From: Podarcis liolepis
Lineage: Eukaryota
DNA: 64,000 bases
Assembly: GCA_965112155.1 (NCBI GenBank)
Contig: OZ218105.1
Strand: one strand, 5' to 3'
Part shown: in pieces, positions 21,993 through 33,698 of the stretch
Layout of the letters: every line of letters begins with the position of its first letter
How positions within the stretch are numbered: position 1 is the first letter of the stretch
The notes under the pieces: generated by a model
What the model was told of the DNA's origin: nothing
Database searches by the model: none
What the model saw: only the letters and a program-made list of their open reading frames with translations
Program-made: the position numbers and the translations under genes

Positions 21993-24625
21993 GATGCAAG
22001 AGAACAGCCACCCCAATGGAACATAAACCCCATATTCCCAGCTTGCTTTCTTTTTAAGAATTTCTAGCATCTTTAGAACCTGAGATATGAAATACAGTAA
22101 GACATATATTTTTCTCCTTTTGATGATGATGACAATTTGGTGAGAAATTATAGTATTATCACCCTACATTTGCTTCCATGAGTTCCTGCAGACACAATAT
22201 GGGCTGTACAATTTGTGTCCAGCTAAGTCATTCACAGTGTACACTCACTGAAATCAATGCGCATGATTTTTTATTTTATTTTTTACATCCATTGGTCTCA
22301 GTGGGACCTCTTTGAGTTCCACTTAGCTGAATACAATCCTTAGAACCTTGTTCCTGCTCCCAAAATTATTATGTCACGTTTTATATTTCTTAGGCTGCTG
22401 AAACCTCCCAATGTTTGTTCCCCCAACACACAGACCCATCACACTTAACCTACAGTACCCACAGGGCTGCTTGGAGGATAAAATGGGAAGCAGGAGAACT
22501 ATGTAGACCACATCAAACAACTTTTACATTATTAATGTAAAAATAAATAAATAAAAACAGTCTATCTGCAGGGAAAGAGAGACTTGGAATGAAGGAGAGT
22601 TCCCAGCCATGATGACTGACTGATGAATATACACATTTGAATATGAAGTTTGCATTCATCTGTAAATGTTCTGTTCCTCTTTGATTCTTCAAAAGGCATT
22701 TCATTGGAACAAACGTCATGTCCTACAGGCAACTCCCCCTCTTTCTCTAAAGTATACGCCACACACACGCTCTTCCAGACATGTTAGCATTCTGTATTAT
22801 TAAGGTTTCCCTGACCATTCAGTCCTTTCGGTTCCTCACAGAAGATGAATATGTGCTTTTCAATATAAAGTTTGCATTCATCTGTAAACATGGGCATGTG
22901 AGGAAGAGTCACTGTTACTTTCTACTCATTGAACTGGGTTCCATCTTCCTAGTGAGATATATGAAAGTAGAAGCCCAGTACAAAATGTTGCACAGATTAG
23001 TAAAACAGTTCAGTGCCCCCCACAAACCCTCTATTCTTTCTTTCTCTTGCTTCCCTTCCCCATGGGACATTCTTTCTCTAGTCCCCTCTTTCCCAGCTGA
23101 ACATTCTCTATAGCTGGGGCCCAGAGAGGAACCTCTGTGTCCGATCTTATCCCCAGTCAGTTGGGTCTCCCACCTTGTGACACCTGGCATATCTGCACAC
23201 ACACAGTTCAGTCAACACAGGGCACTCTGATCAGCCATGGACAGAAATACAGTAGGACACTTGCCATAATGCATATACTTAATACAGATGTTTATATTGA
23301 TAGTTATACTTTATGTATCAATCTCATAACCTAAGATAATACAGATCTTGTAGAACACAATGAGAGACAAGTTTCTAAATACTTCGTGACCCATTATGTG
23401 GTGTGGAAGTTGTTTATAGGAAATGATATTTGTTCCAATGAAATATCATATAGGAACAGACCAAACTTCAGTTCCATCCTGAACATCTCAACATGCACCC
23501 GTGGAATTGATTTATGATGTATGACAGCTGATAACCCTCAATGGCATTTTTGCAGGTTGGAAATACAACTGGAGACAATACTACTTAAGTCTCAGGTGGT
23601 TGCTGTGACCAGGAGAATCTTTTTCTATCTCTTTTAGACACCAGATATTTCTGGGGTGTTTTACAACACAATCCTAACCAAGTCTAATCAGAGGAAAGTA
23701 CTATTCAATTGAATGGTGCTTATTCCTAGGTAAGTGGGGTTAGGATTGCAGCCCTAGTCATCATCATATGCTGTGGTCCAAGGATGTTGCCTAGACACCA
23801 TCCCTCTTCCCCACTTCTGGGTTCTCAAGCACATGCTTGTTGGCTCAGGGGATAGGACCAAGTTGCTTCTTTAATTTGTGCTGAGGGTGTGGAGAATGGA
23901 GGGAACAGCAAGAGCCTCTTCCAAGCAATGGTAAGGACTTCTGATATGCTTGATCTTACACCAGTCTGGTGGGAACTCAGGTTACAGGGTCTGTGCACGG
24001 CTGAGTGTCCTGTTCAGTAGATCTTACAGCACAATCTTAACCATGTCTAATCATGCACTGCACTTGCAGGAAGGCACTCTACAAAAATATATTACCAAGT
24101 TTCAAAGTATAAGCCATAAAACTTAATGTCTCCACTCCTCATTTCTCATTATAATGGTGGGATGTGATTCAGCCAAATCAGCCTTGACTAGGTTCCTATA
24201 GCTATGAGCATATAGGACTTTTTCATCTCCTTCTCCCATCGCTTTATTGTTCCTCACTCAGCCACACTCTGTCAGTGTCTTCAACTGAAACTCACTTGCA
24301 AACTGCACAAAAGTCTCTCCATTTGACCATCTTTTTCAGGGTGAGGACATCCTCTTGGCTAACATTGGCCAAGAAACCCATATTAAATAAGAACTATGAA
24401 TATGTTTCACTACCATTAAAGCACATACTAGACTTTCCCATTTACCTATGTCAGCAAACCATTGGGCAAAAGATACAATCCAAAAGAGAAATCTTTCCAG
24501 ACAAAGCCCCCCAGTGATATAGATTTAAGAAAATGCCAATTTGCATTTGTGTAAAAGTCCCTCATTACACAACCAACTCATTCACATCAAGCCATTCCTT
24601 ATCATTTATATCCTAGGATTGGTAT

Positions 24626-25340
24626 GTTCAGTCAACACAGGACACTCCCATCAGCCATGGGTAGAAATACAGTAGGACACTTGCCATAATGCATATACTT
24701 AATATAGATGTTTATATTGATATTTATACTTTATGTATAAATTTCATAACCTAAGATAATACAGATCTTGTAGAACACAATGAGAGACAAGTTTCTAAAT
24801 ACTTTGTGACCCATTATGTGGTGTGGAAGTTGTTTATAGGAAATGATATTTGTTCCAATGAAATATCATATAGGAACAGAACAAACTTCAGTTCCATCCT
24901 GAACATCTCAACATGCACCCGTGGAATTGATTTATGATGTATGGCAGCTGATTACCCTCAATGCCATTTTTGCCACACTCTGTCAGTATCTTCAACTGAA
25001 ACTCACTTGCAAACTACACCAAAGTCTCTCTGTTTGACCATCTTTTTCAGGGTGAGGACATCCTCTTGGCTAACATTGGCCAAAAAAACCAAACATATTA
25101 AATAAGAACTATGAATATGTTTCACTAACATTAAAGCACATACTAAACATTCCCATTGACCTAAGTCAACAAACCATTTTGCAAAAGATACAATCCAAAA
25201 GAGAAATCTTTCCAGACAAAGCCCCCCAGTGATATAGATTTAAGAAAATGCCAATTTGCATTTGTGTAAAAGTCCCTCATTACACAACCAACTCATTCAC
25301 ATCAAGTCATTCCTTATCATTTATATCCTAGGATTGGTAT
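24626..25340. repeat. Local duplication of 23207-24625 with an internal ~0.7 kb deletion
   Basis: 24626-24972 repeats 23207-23552; 24973-25340 repeats 24263-24625. Confidence 0.85.
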
Positions 25341-25380
25341 GGCCCATACTCAAAGGTACTTCTTTACAATGCCAGGTTTC

Positions 25381-25655
25381 ATGAATTTGCTGAACTAACT
25401 CTTAAAAAGGGATACAAGAACGGGAGACGTGAGGAAGTCAGGAAAATAAGCTAATTGAGAATCAGAAATTAAGAAAGAGGGAATTTTTGTTTTTTGTTAC
25501 TATATGTGTTTTTATCTTTTTTCTTTTTTCTTCTTTTTTCTTTGATGTGTTTAATGTTTTGTATTTTTGTATTGTATTGTCTTTTGTGATTTTTTTTTGT
25601 CTATGTAAGCTTGTCTATTGTGAAAACATAATAAAATATTTATTTAAAAAAAATA
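25381..25655 (+). mobile_element. Short retroposed (L1-like) 3' fragment
   Basis: AATAAA plus A-tail; 16-bp TSD TACAATGCCAGGTT(T/C)C at 25365-25380 and 25656-25671; empty site at ~299-314. Confidence 0.8.
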
Positions 25656-26638
25656 TACAATGCCAGGTTCCAAGTCTGTCTGTTGAACCATTTTGCAACT
25701 ATAAACTCCAGAACCTGATTCTTACATCAAAGGGCATGTTGTTCAGTGGTTAAAAAAAACTGCTCTGCATACAAAGCATGCCTGGTTCAAACCCTGGCAT
25801 CCTCAGGTAGGTCTGAAAAGATACATGGACCAAGGGTTTGACTCATTAAAATACAGATTTCTATACTGCTTATGTTACCCTCTCCCACACTGTTTATAAT
25901 AATGGCAGATTACAAGTCAGACTACTTGCCCTTAACATATTAACAGTTCAAATTATAAAACAGAAAACTATGAGGGCCCAGATTTGTTTGCTCAAAATGC
26001 CGATGGTTTAAAAGGCCCGGATAAATAAAAAGGTCATCTAACCCTGAAAAGGGTACTCAGAGTTCCTCCCCTGGAAGGCAATTCCACAGGTGGGGTGCCA
26101 CCAGCAAGAAGACCCTCTAAATAATGCCATGTATATAACTGGGAAGCCTGCTCTAATCCGGGCTCCCGTGTGCAGGTACTTCAGCAGCTGCAGCTACAGG
26201 TATGTCGTCCACACCTTGGAGGTATGTATATTCTGGGACACATTGGTGTATCTGCAGTGGCTATGATGTTCTGAGTGAGTTTTAATATGCAGAAAGTCCA
26301 AAGGCAGAGGACCTAAATAGCAGGAGGGCTGAAGGAAAAATATCTGAATTCAACCATGGGCTGGGAAGAGGTGGCCTGCCTGAGAAATGGAAGGGTGGAA
26401 GAAGAGAGGAGGAGCGAGGAAATATCAGATGGAGAGGATGGAAGAGTGATGAAGACAGAGGAAAATGAGTAAAAACTCTCACATGGACTTGAAATAAACA
26501 GATCATTTTTAAACTGAAGCATGCTCTAAAATGTCAAAATATATTGTCAATAAAATTCAAAAGAAATACAAGAACATCTGATATGCCTAATTACCAAGCA
26601 TATATCAATGTCAAAGTAACTAACTGGTGTATTTGAAA

Positions 26639-29068
26639 TTATTTCACCTTTTCCTTTGATTCTTCTTTCCCCACCTGGTCAAGAATATCTTGGGAAGCAG
26701 ACGGAGGGGTCTGGTTCACATTGAGGTTTGGGTCCCCCACAGAAAAAACAGGAATGAGGGGCCTGAGGAACCTGAACTCGCTGCTCAAGGACCCACCGGT
26801 TAAGCAAACATCGTAGTGGTAACTCCTGGAAAGAGACCCACTCTGAGAATCGCCACAGTTCTCTGGGATGTCGGGTCTGGCAGGTGGGAAGTGAGGAGGG
26901 GCAGCGATAAAACTTTCCCTGGGATCCCTCCTGCAGATCTTGATGGCAGCAAAGGAAACAATGCAAACGAGGAACACAAAGGAGACTGCAGCCAGGCAGA
27001 TCACCAAGTACAAGGTCAAGGTCCCATCTTCTTTGTGCTCCTCTTTACTGACCTCCACAGCCTTCATATAAGGATCCGAAAAGCCACCCACGGGAAGGAC
27101 ATGGAGCATGGCAGTGCTGCTCTGGGGAGGGAGCCCATTGTCCCTGACCACTATCAGGAGTCTCTGCTTGCTGGTGTCTCGCTCGCTCAGGGCTCTCCTG
27201 GTTCTCACTTCCCCATTCTGGGCTCCTATGCTGAAAAGACCAGGGTCTGTGGCCTTCAGCAGCTCATAGGAAAGCCACGAGTTCTGGCCAGAATCTCCAT
27301 CCACAGCCACCACCTTGGTGACCAGGTAGCCGGCCTCCACCGACTTGGGCACCAGCTCATTGCAGGGGGATGTGCTGTTCTGAAGAGGGTAGAGGAAGAA
27401 GGGAGCGTTGTCGTTTTCGTCTAGGATTACGACTCGGACAGTAACTTCTGAGCTGAGGGGAGGAGACCCTCCATCTGTAGCCCTCACCGTCACTTTGAAA
27501 TCTTTGATCTGCTCGTAATCCAGAGATCGGAGGGCATACAGATTTCCGCTTTCGGAGTTGACTGAGATGTAAGAGGCCACAAGGCCATCAGTGACCTTCC
27601 CAGGCAAAAGGGAGTAGGTGACCTTGGCATTCTTCTCGGTGTCCAGATCAGCAGCATGGACTGAGCCAATGAGCAGTCCTGGAATATTGTTTTCCCGTAT
27701 CTGCATTTCACATGAAGACTTTTCAAATACTGGAGGGTTGTCATTGACATCTGAGATCTGAAGATTAATAATTCTTGTTGAAGTGAGCCTGGGGGAGCCT
27801 TGGTCAACGGCTGTGATGGTGACATTATACTCTGAGACCTTCTCTCTGTCCAGGGGACTTTGGACCACAAGCTGGTAATAATTATTCATAGTGGATTTTA
27901 ACATAAAAGGAAGGTTTGCCTCCACAGAGCACATGGTTCTGCCATTGTCTCCGGAGTCTTGGTCTGTAACAGTGAAGAGAGCCACAAGTGTCTCCAGGGG
28001 AGAATCCTCTGCCAAAGGACTAGTGATGGATATGACGGACACTTCAGGGACATTGTCATTCACATCCTCAATCTCTACCACGACCTTGCAATGACCTGAA
28101 AGTCCCCCTCCATCTGTTGCTCTGATGCTCATGCCATAGCTGGTTTCCTTTTCATAATCAAGCTGACCAGAAAGGGTGATTTCCCCAGTGTTTTCATTTA
28201 GGTGAAACAGATCATATATTTTTTCTGGTACCCGGTGGAATGAGTAGGTGATCTGTGCATTTGAGCCAAAATCCAAATCTGTAGCTCCCACTTTGAAGAC
28301 CAGAGTACCCTGTGGGCTGTTTTCCTTTAACCTTACTTTATATTCTGAATGAGTAAACTCTGGGGAATTGTCATTGATGTCAAGAACATCAATATTTATT
28401 TTAACTGTCCCTGTTCTCTGTGGCTCCCCTCCATCCACAGCCGTGAGAGTCAGTCCAAAGTGTGAGTCCTTCTCCCTGTCCAGTGGCTTCTCCAGAACAA
28501 GATCCACATACTTGTTTCCATCCACTTCACTTTTAACTTCAAGCCGGAAATGTTCATTGGGACTGAGAGTGTAGTTTTGGATGTTATTTCTCCCCAGGTC
28601 CTCATCTTGGGCAGATTCCAAGGGGAAATGTGTATTTGGAGAGACATTTTCTGGAATTTCCAGATCAAATGCCTTCTTAGAGAATTTGGGGACATTATCA
28701 TTCACATCTTCTATCTTGATTTCAATACTGTAGATTTTTAAGGGATTTTGCAACACAATTTCAGACTGTAATAAGCAAGGATCAGTCTGGCCACATAATG
28801 TTTCTCGGTCTATTTTATCATTTATCAACAAATTCCCAGTCTTGCTATCAAAACGAAAATAATGCTTACTGTTCTTAGAAACCAGCTGGGCTCTGCGAGC
28901 AGAGAGCTCCCCTGTTCCCAGTTTCAAATCCTCCAGCACATTAGCCACCAAAGACCCCCTTTTCTTTTCTTCAGGCACAGAATAGTGAAGTGATATACTC
29001 AGTGCTCCATGAAGACAAAGGAAAAGCAAAAAACACAGACCTTGTTCCTTTCTGTAGCTGTCTCCCAT
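26639..29068 (-). CDS. PCDHB: Clustered protocadherin, beta-type, subfamily A (gene 5)
   Basis: 809-aa ORF; donor AAG|GTGAAA at 26648/26647. Confidence 0.93.
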   Translation of the reverse strand: MGDSYRKEQGLCFLLFLCLHGALSISLHYSVPEEKKRGSLVANVLEDLKLGTGELSARRAQLVSKNSKHYFRFDSKTGNLLINDKIDRETLCGQTDPCLLQSEIVLQNPLKIYSIEIKIEDVNDNVPKFSKKAFDLEIPENVSPNTHFPLESAQDEDLGRNNIQNYTLSPNEHFRLEVKSEVDGNKYVDLVLEKPLDREKDSHFGLTLTAVDGGEPQRTGTVKINIDVLDINDNSPEFTHSEYKVRLKENSPQGTLVFKVGATDLDFGSNAQITYSFHRVPEKIYDLFHLNENTGEITLSGQLDYEKETSYGMSIRATDGGGLSGHCKVVVEIEDVNDNVPEVSVISITSPLAEDSPLETLVALFTVTDQDSGDNGRTMCSVEANLPFMLKSTMNNYYQLVVQSPLDREKVSEYNVTITAVDQGSPRLTSTRIINLQISDVNDNPPVFEKSSCEMQIRENNIPGLLIGSVHAADLDTEKNAKVTYSLLPGKVTDGLVASYISVNSESGNLYALRSLDYEQIKDFKVTVRATDGGSPPLSSEVTVRVVILDENDNAPFFLYPLQNSTSPCNELVPKSVEAGYLVTKVVAVDGDSGQNSWLSYELLKATDPGLFSIGAQNGEVRTRRALSERDTSKQRLLIVVRDNGLPPQSSTAMLHVLPVGGFSDPYMKAVEVSKEEHKEDGTLTLYLVICLAAVSFVFLVCIVSFAAIKICRRDPRESFIAAPPHFPPARPDIPENCGDSQSGSLSRSYHYDVCLTGGSLSSEFRFLRPLIPVFSVGDPNLNVNQTPPSASQDILDQVGKEESKEKVK

Positions 29069-29298
29069 GGCTCAAGAATCTCTGGCCAAAAGATGAAGTT
29101 TCTGACAATCATCCAGTGATAATCTCTGCTGCTGTAGAAATGAATTTGATGCTGCCGTGTTGATGCCTTTGCTGTGCTGTATGTTATCTCTTTATCGCAT
29201 ATGAAAGTCACCAGTCCTTTGTTCCAGCCACCTTTTTGCTCATGGCTTCCTGTGAGTTCCTTCACAAAATTCTGAATTCCAGTTCATGTCTTTGCCTG

Positions 29299-29317
29299 TA
29301 CTACCACCGTGTGGCTG
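29299..29317 (-). promoter_or_regulatory. CSE / CTCF-type motif, gene 5
   Basis: CAGCCACACGGTGGTAGTA. Confidence 0.75.
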
Positions 29318-30247
29318 AGCAAAGAAAAGCCACTAAGATTCAGTAAATAACACTGAATGCAGTGCACATTATACTGAACAGGAAAGCTTCAGATTCACAG
29401 TTTCTCTGTTCATAAAAGACTGTTTTATTACTAGGAAGATGCCTCTTTTCCATTTGAATGAGTGCAGATATCACAAATCAATGCATTACTTTCCATAGTT
29501 CTTGAACACTGTTGTGCATGGGAGTCAATCTCATACATGGAATTCAAGATGCACAGCACATATGGTGCTCTTGTGGAACAATCTCCCTCCTTCCCACCTC
29601 AATCAAACATTTTGCAATAAAGAAATTGACAGGAAAACACCTTGGAAAATGTAGGGTTACTATTGCTTGATTCAAGTGCCATATGGCTTTCACACAGGGA
29701 ATGTAGCAGGCTATGAATAACTACATAAGTATTAGGATAATAACACCATATCAATTTATATACACAGCTTTTCTTTTTTCCTCACTTCTCGCCCCTCCCC
29801 CTTTTATTAATTTCTTTCTTTCTTTCTTTTAAGTAGTAAGAATGAATAAACTGGTCATATGGAAGCAACTGGTCATATGGAATGAATAAACTGGTCATAT
29901 GGAATGAATAAACTGGTCATATGGAATAAACTGGTCATATGGAAGCAACAGTAAACAGGTCATATGAAAGCAACCTGTATCTCGGCTTTTGCATGACACC
30001 CCCTCCCATACAGAGAGTTTAAAGAGGTTATGAAGTTATTCTATAGCACATCAAACCACAGAACTATAAATATGAAAGTTTATATCCCTCTATGCAAGGG
30101 CAGAAAGAACAATATCATAATACGACACAGGGAAACTGAACAGGAAAAATATGGGAAGAATTTCAAATTCGCATTCAGATTTCCTGCACTCAGCTGAATT
30201 CAGGCTTGTACCTCACAGATATAGGGGGACCAAACTAGAGAGAGAAA

Positions 30248-30463
30248 AGGCTATTAATTGAATGATAATTATTTGAAAATCATTAATAGTTGGTATTTAA
30301 TTCAGAGTAGGTTGGCTAAAATTTATAAAACAGAATCAGATACATGTTGGAAGTGTAAAGAAACGGAGGGAACTTTTTTCACATGTGGTGGACATGTAAA
30401 AAGGTAAAAAAAAATGGGGAAATGATTTATAATAAATTGAAAAAAAAAGTTTAAAACTACTTT

Positions 30464-30501
<38 letters not shown>

Positions 30502-30958
30502 TGTCATTTTTGTTGGGAAAACCCCAAACTAAAATTCCTAGGTGTCAGAAAAGGTTATTTATGTATGCAACAATTGTGGTCCGTGCTTTTTTAGCCCCAA
30601 AATGGAAAGTGAGCAAGGTCCCAACTAATGAGGATCAGCAACTTAAGTTGACAGGATATGCAGAACGTGCAGATTTAACACAGAGAATAAAAGAAAGAAG
30701 AACATACATTTAAAAAAGAGTGGAAACATTTATTGAATATATGAAAAATGACTTTATACAGCTGAAAACACTGGCATCACTAAGATAAATTCAATAGAGA
30801 AAATAATTTTTGATGGAGGTAAAAGTGGAAAACTTATTTGAATGCTTATAGTAAAATAGGGATATGAAAAATGAATCATGGAAGGAGAAGGGAAGTCATG
30901 GGATATTTTAAATGCTTGTTTTAAAATGTAAAATTGAAAATTTAATAAAAATTATTAT
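30248..30958 (+). mobile_element. L1-like LINE 3' fragment with 17-bp TSD
   Basis: Encodes a degenerate ORF2 C-terminal CWKC…GTF.HMWWTC zinc knuckle; AATAAA near the 3' end; TSD CAAACTAGAG(A/G)GAGAAA at 30231-30247 and 30959-30975; contains (CA)n at ~30467-30498. Confidence 0.85.
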
Positions 30959-30962
30959 CAAA

Positions 30963-33434
30963 CTAGAGGGAGAAATATTTGAAATTAAACCATTCAAATG
31001 GTACTCTCACCTGAACCCCATGTTGACTTTCACCTGCATGTCTGGGGACACCTTCAGAATCATTGGAACTCCTTGGATTCAGCTGAGTGTTAGGAGGCTC
31101 CACAGAGAAAACAGGAAATAGGGGCCTGAGAAACCTGAACTCGCTGTTCAGAGACCCACCAGCTAAGCACACCTCATAGTTGTAAGCCTGGGATAGAGAT
31201 CCAGCACCAGAATCCGCAGAGATCTCCTGGGAATCAGGTCCCACCGGGAAATTGGCTCCAGAGTTGTAGGTTCCTATGAACTTTTCACGTTTCTGCAACT
31301 TGATTACAACAAACGCCACCACAGAAATGAGAAAGATGCTTGAGATGGCAGCCAAGCAGATGATCAAATACATCGTCAGGCTGGGGTCTTCCTCCTCCAC
31401 GGTTTCCTCCTTTGGGAGAGCCACACTTTTCAGATAAGGGTCAGAGAAGCCGTCCACTAGGAGGATTCTGAGCGTGGCAGAGGTGGACTGGGGAGGATGG
31501 CCGTTGTCTCGGACCACCACAACCAGATTCTGCTTGAAGGTGTCTCGGTTGCTGACCGGCCTCAGGGTGGTCACTTCTCCATTCTGGGCCCCCACCGTGA
31601 ACAGACCCGCCTCTGTGGCCTTCAGCAGCTGGTAGGAAAGCCAAGAGTTCTGGCCAGAATCCCTGTCCACAGCCACCACCTTGGTGACCAGGTAGCCAGT
31701 CTCTGCCCCTCGGGGAACCAGGTCATTCGAGGGGGAAGTGCCATTCTGGAGAGGGTAGAGGATGAAGGGGGCATTGTCATTTTCATCCACGACCTGAACG
31801 TGGATGGGAACTTCGGAGCTCAGTGGAGGGGAACCTGAATCCACAGCCCTCACCGTCACCTGGAAATCTTGTACTTCCTCATAATCCAGAGACCGGATGG
31901 CATACAGGTTCCCCGTTTCAGAGTTGATGGAGATGTAAGAGGATGTGGGGCCATCATTGACCTTCCCAGGCAAAAGCGAGTAGGTCACTTTGGCATTCTG
32001 CACTGTGTCCAGATCAACAGCATGGACGTAACCGATCAGAAGACCAGGAATATTGTTTTCTCTTAACTGCATTTGATAGAACGGCTTTTCAAACACTGGA
32101 GGGTTGTCATTGACATCTGAAATTTGCACATGAAGTATTCTTGTGGAAGTGAGTCTGGGAGAGCCTCTGTCTGTGGCTGTGATGGTGATGTTATACTCAG
32201 AGGCTTGTTCTCTGTCCAGTGGTTGTTGGGTCACCAGCTGGTAATAGTTGTTCTCTGTGGGTTTGAGCACAAATGGCAGGTTGACTTCAGTGGTGCAGGC
32301 AGTTCTGCCACTGTCTCCAGAGTCCACGTCTGTGACACTGAAGAGGGCCACCACTGTGTCTGGGGGAGAGTCCTCAGGCAAGGGACTGGTGATGGATGTG
32401 ATGGTAATCTCTGGAGCATTGTCGTTCTCATCCTCAATCTCTACAATGACTTTACAGTAAGCAGAAAGGCCTCCTCCATCTGTAGCTCTGATGTTCATCT
32501 CGTAATTTGTGTTTTCTTCATAATCAATTGTTCCTGCAGTAGTAAGTTCCCCGGAGTGTTTGTTTAACTTGAATGATCTGACTACATATTCTGGCACTTG
32601 GCTGAATGAATAAGTGATTTGTGCATAGGAACCAAGATCCTTGTCAGTGGCTTCAACTTTGGTGACCAGCGTATCCAATGGGCTGTTTTCCTTTAGTTTC
32701 ACTTTGTACTCAGATTGTGGAAACTGAGGCAAATTATCATTAGCATCCAGAACATCAATAATAATTTGCACTGTTCCAGTTCTTTTTGGGATTCCTCCAT
32801 CAACTGCTGACAAAATAAGGGAAATCTGTGGATTCTCCTCACGGTCTAGCGGTTTCTCTAACACCAGTTCTGCATATTTGCTACCATCACTGTGACTTTT
32901 CACATGAAGCCTAAAATGTTCATTAGGACTAAGGGTGTAGTTCTGAACTGCATTTTCTCCTTTATCTGTATCATCTGCTCTTTCCAAAGGGAATCTGAGA
33001 TCCACAGGAGTCTGCTCAGATATTTCAAAAATAAATTGATTTTTAGAGAATTTGGGGGAATTATCATTCACATCCTCTATCTGAACTTCAATTCTGTGTA
33101 GCTGCAATGGCTTTTCCAGCACAATTTCAGACAGTAGAATACATGGTTCATTCTGACCACACAGGGACTCCCGATCTATTTTATCCTTTACTGTCACATC
33201 CCCAGAATGAGGATCCAGCTGGAAATACTGCTTGGAGCTCTTAGAAACCAGCCGGGCTTTCCGAGCAGACAGCTCCTTTGCATCCACTCTCAAATCCTTC
33301 AGCACATTCACTACCAGAGACCCCCTTTTCTCCTCCTCTGGCACTGAATAGCGGAAAGACTCACACATTGCTATGCATGCACAGAGACACAGGGAAAGAG
33401 ACCAAACTTGCCTGATCTTGAGATGCAATTCCAT
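30963..33434 (-). CDS. PCDHB: Clustered protocadherin, beta-type, subfamily B (gene 6)
   Basis: Open ORF (alternative in-frame ATG at 33467); donor CAG|GTGAGA at 31011/31010. Confidence 0.92.
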   Translation of the reverse strand: MELHLKIRQVWSLSLCLCACIAMCESFRYSVPEEEKRGSLVVNVLKDLRVDAKELSARKARLVSKSSKQYFQLDPHSGDVTVKDKIDRESLCGQNEPCILLSEIVLEKPLQLHRIEVQIEDVNDNSPKFSKNQFIFEISEQTPVDLRFPLERADDTDKGENAVQNYTLSPNEHFRLHVKSHSDGSKYAELVLEKPLDREENPQISLILSAVDGGIPKRTGTVQIIIDVLDANDNLPQFPQSEYKVKLKENSPLDTLVTKVEATDKDLGSYAQITYSFSQVPEYVVRSFKLNKHSGELTTAGTIDYEENTNYEMNIRATDGGGLSAYCKVIVEIEDENDNAPEITITSITSPLPEDSPPDTVVALFSVTDVDSGDSGRTACTTEVNLPFVLKPTENNYYQLVTQQPLDREQASEYNITITATDRGSPRLTSTRILHVQISDVNDNPPVFEKPFYQMQLRENNIPGLLIGYVHAVDLDTVQNAKVTYSLLPGKVNDGPTSSYISINSETGNLYAIRSLDYEEVQDFQVTVRAVDSGSPPLSSEVPIHVQVVDENDNAPFILYPLQNGTSPSNDLVPRGAETGYLVTKVVAVDRDSGQNSWLSYQLLKATEAGLFTVGAQNGEVTTLRPVSNRDTFKQNLVVVVRDNGHPPQSTSATLRILLVDGFSDPYLKSVALPKEETVEEEDPSLTMYLIICLAAISSIFLISVVAFVVIKLQKREKFIGTYNSGANFPVGPDSQEISADSGAGSLSQAYNYEVCLAGGSLNSEFRFLRPLFPVFSVEPPNTQLNPRSSNDSEGVPRHAGESQHGVQVRVPFEWFNFKYFSL

Positions 33435-33679
33435 TCTCCCAGCCTCTCCTCCTGAAATGCAAGGCATTGTCCTCTTGTCTATTCCAAGGTGTGTCTCTTC
33501 TTAGCTGTATTTATCTTCTGAAAGTGACACTGTGTCCTGCTTATTCCTACTGGAATTTCTGGAGACTGGCTTGCAATAGGAATCTGCTCTTTTTCCTGTG
33601 CTGATTCCTTTGTCTAATGGCTACAGCTCTTGAGGAAAGTAACTGCTGCTCCCAAATTTCCTTCTTTTATCTTGTGCAA

Positions 33680-33698
33680 TACCACCACCTTGTGTTTG
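33680..33698 (-). promoter_or_regulatory. CSE / CTCF-type motif, gene 6
   Basis: CAAACACAAGGTGGTGGTA. Confidence 0.65.
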
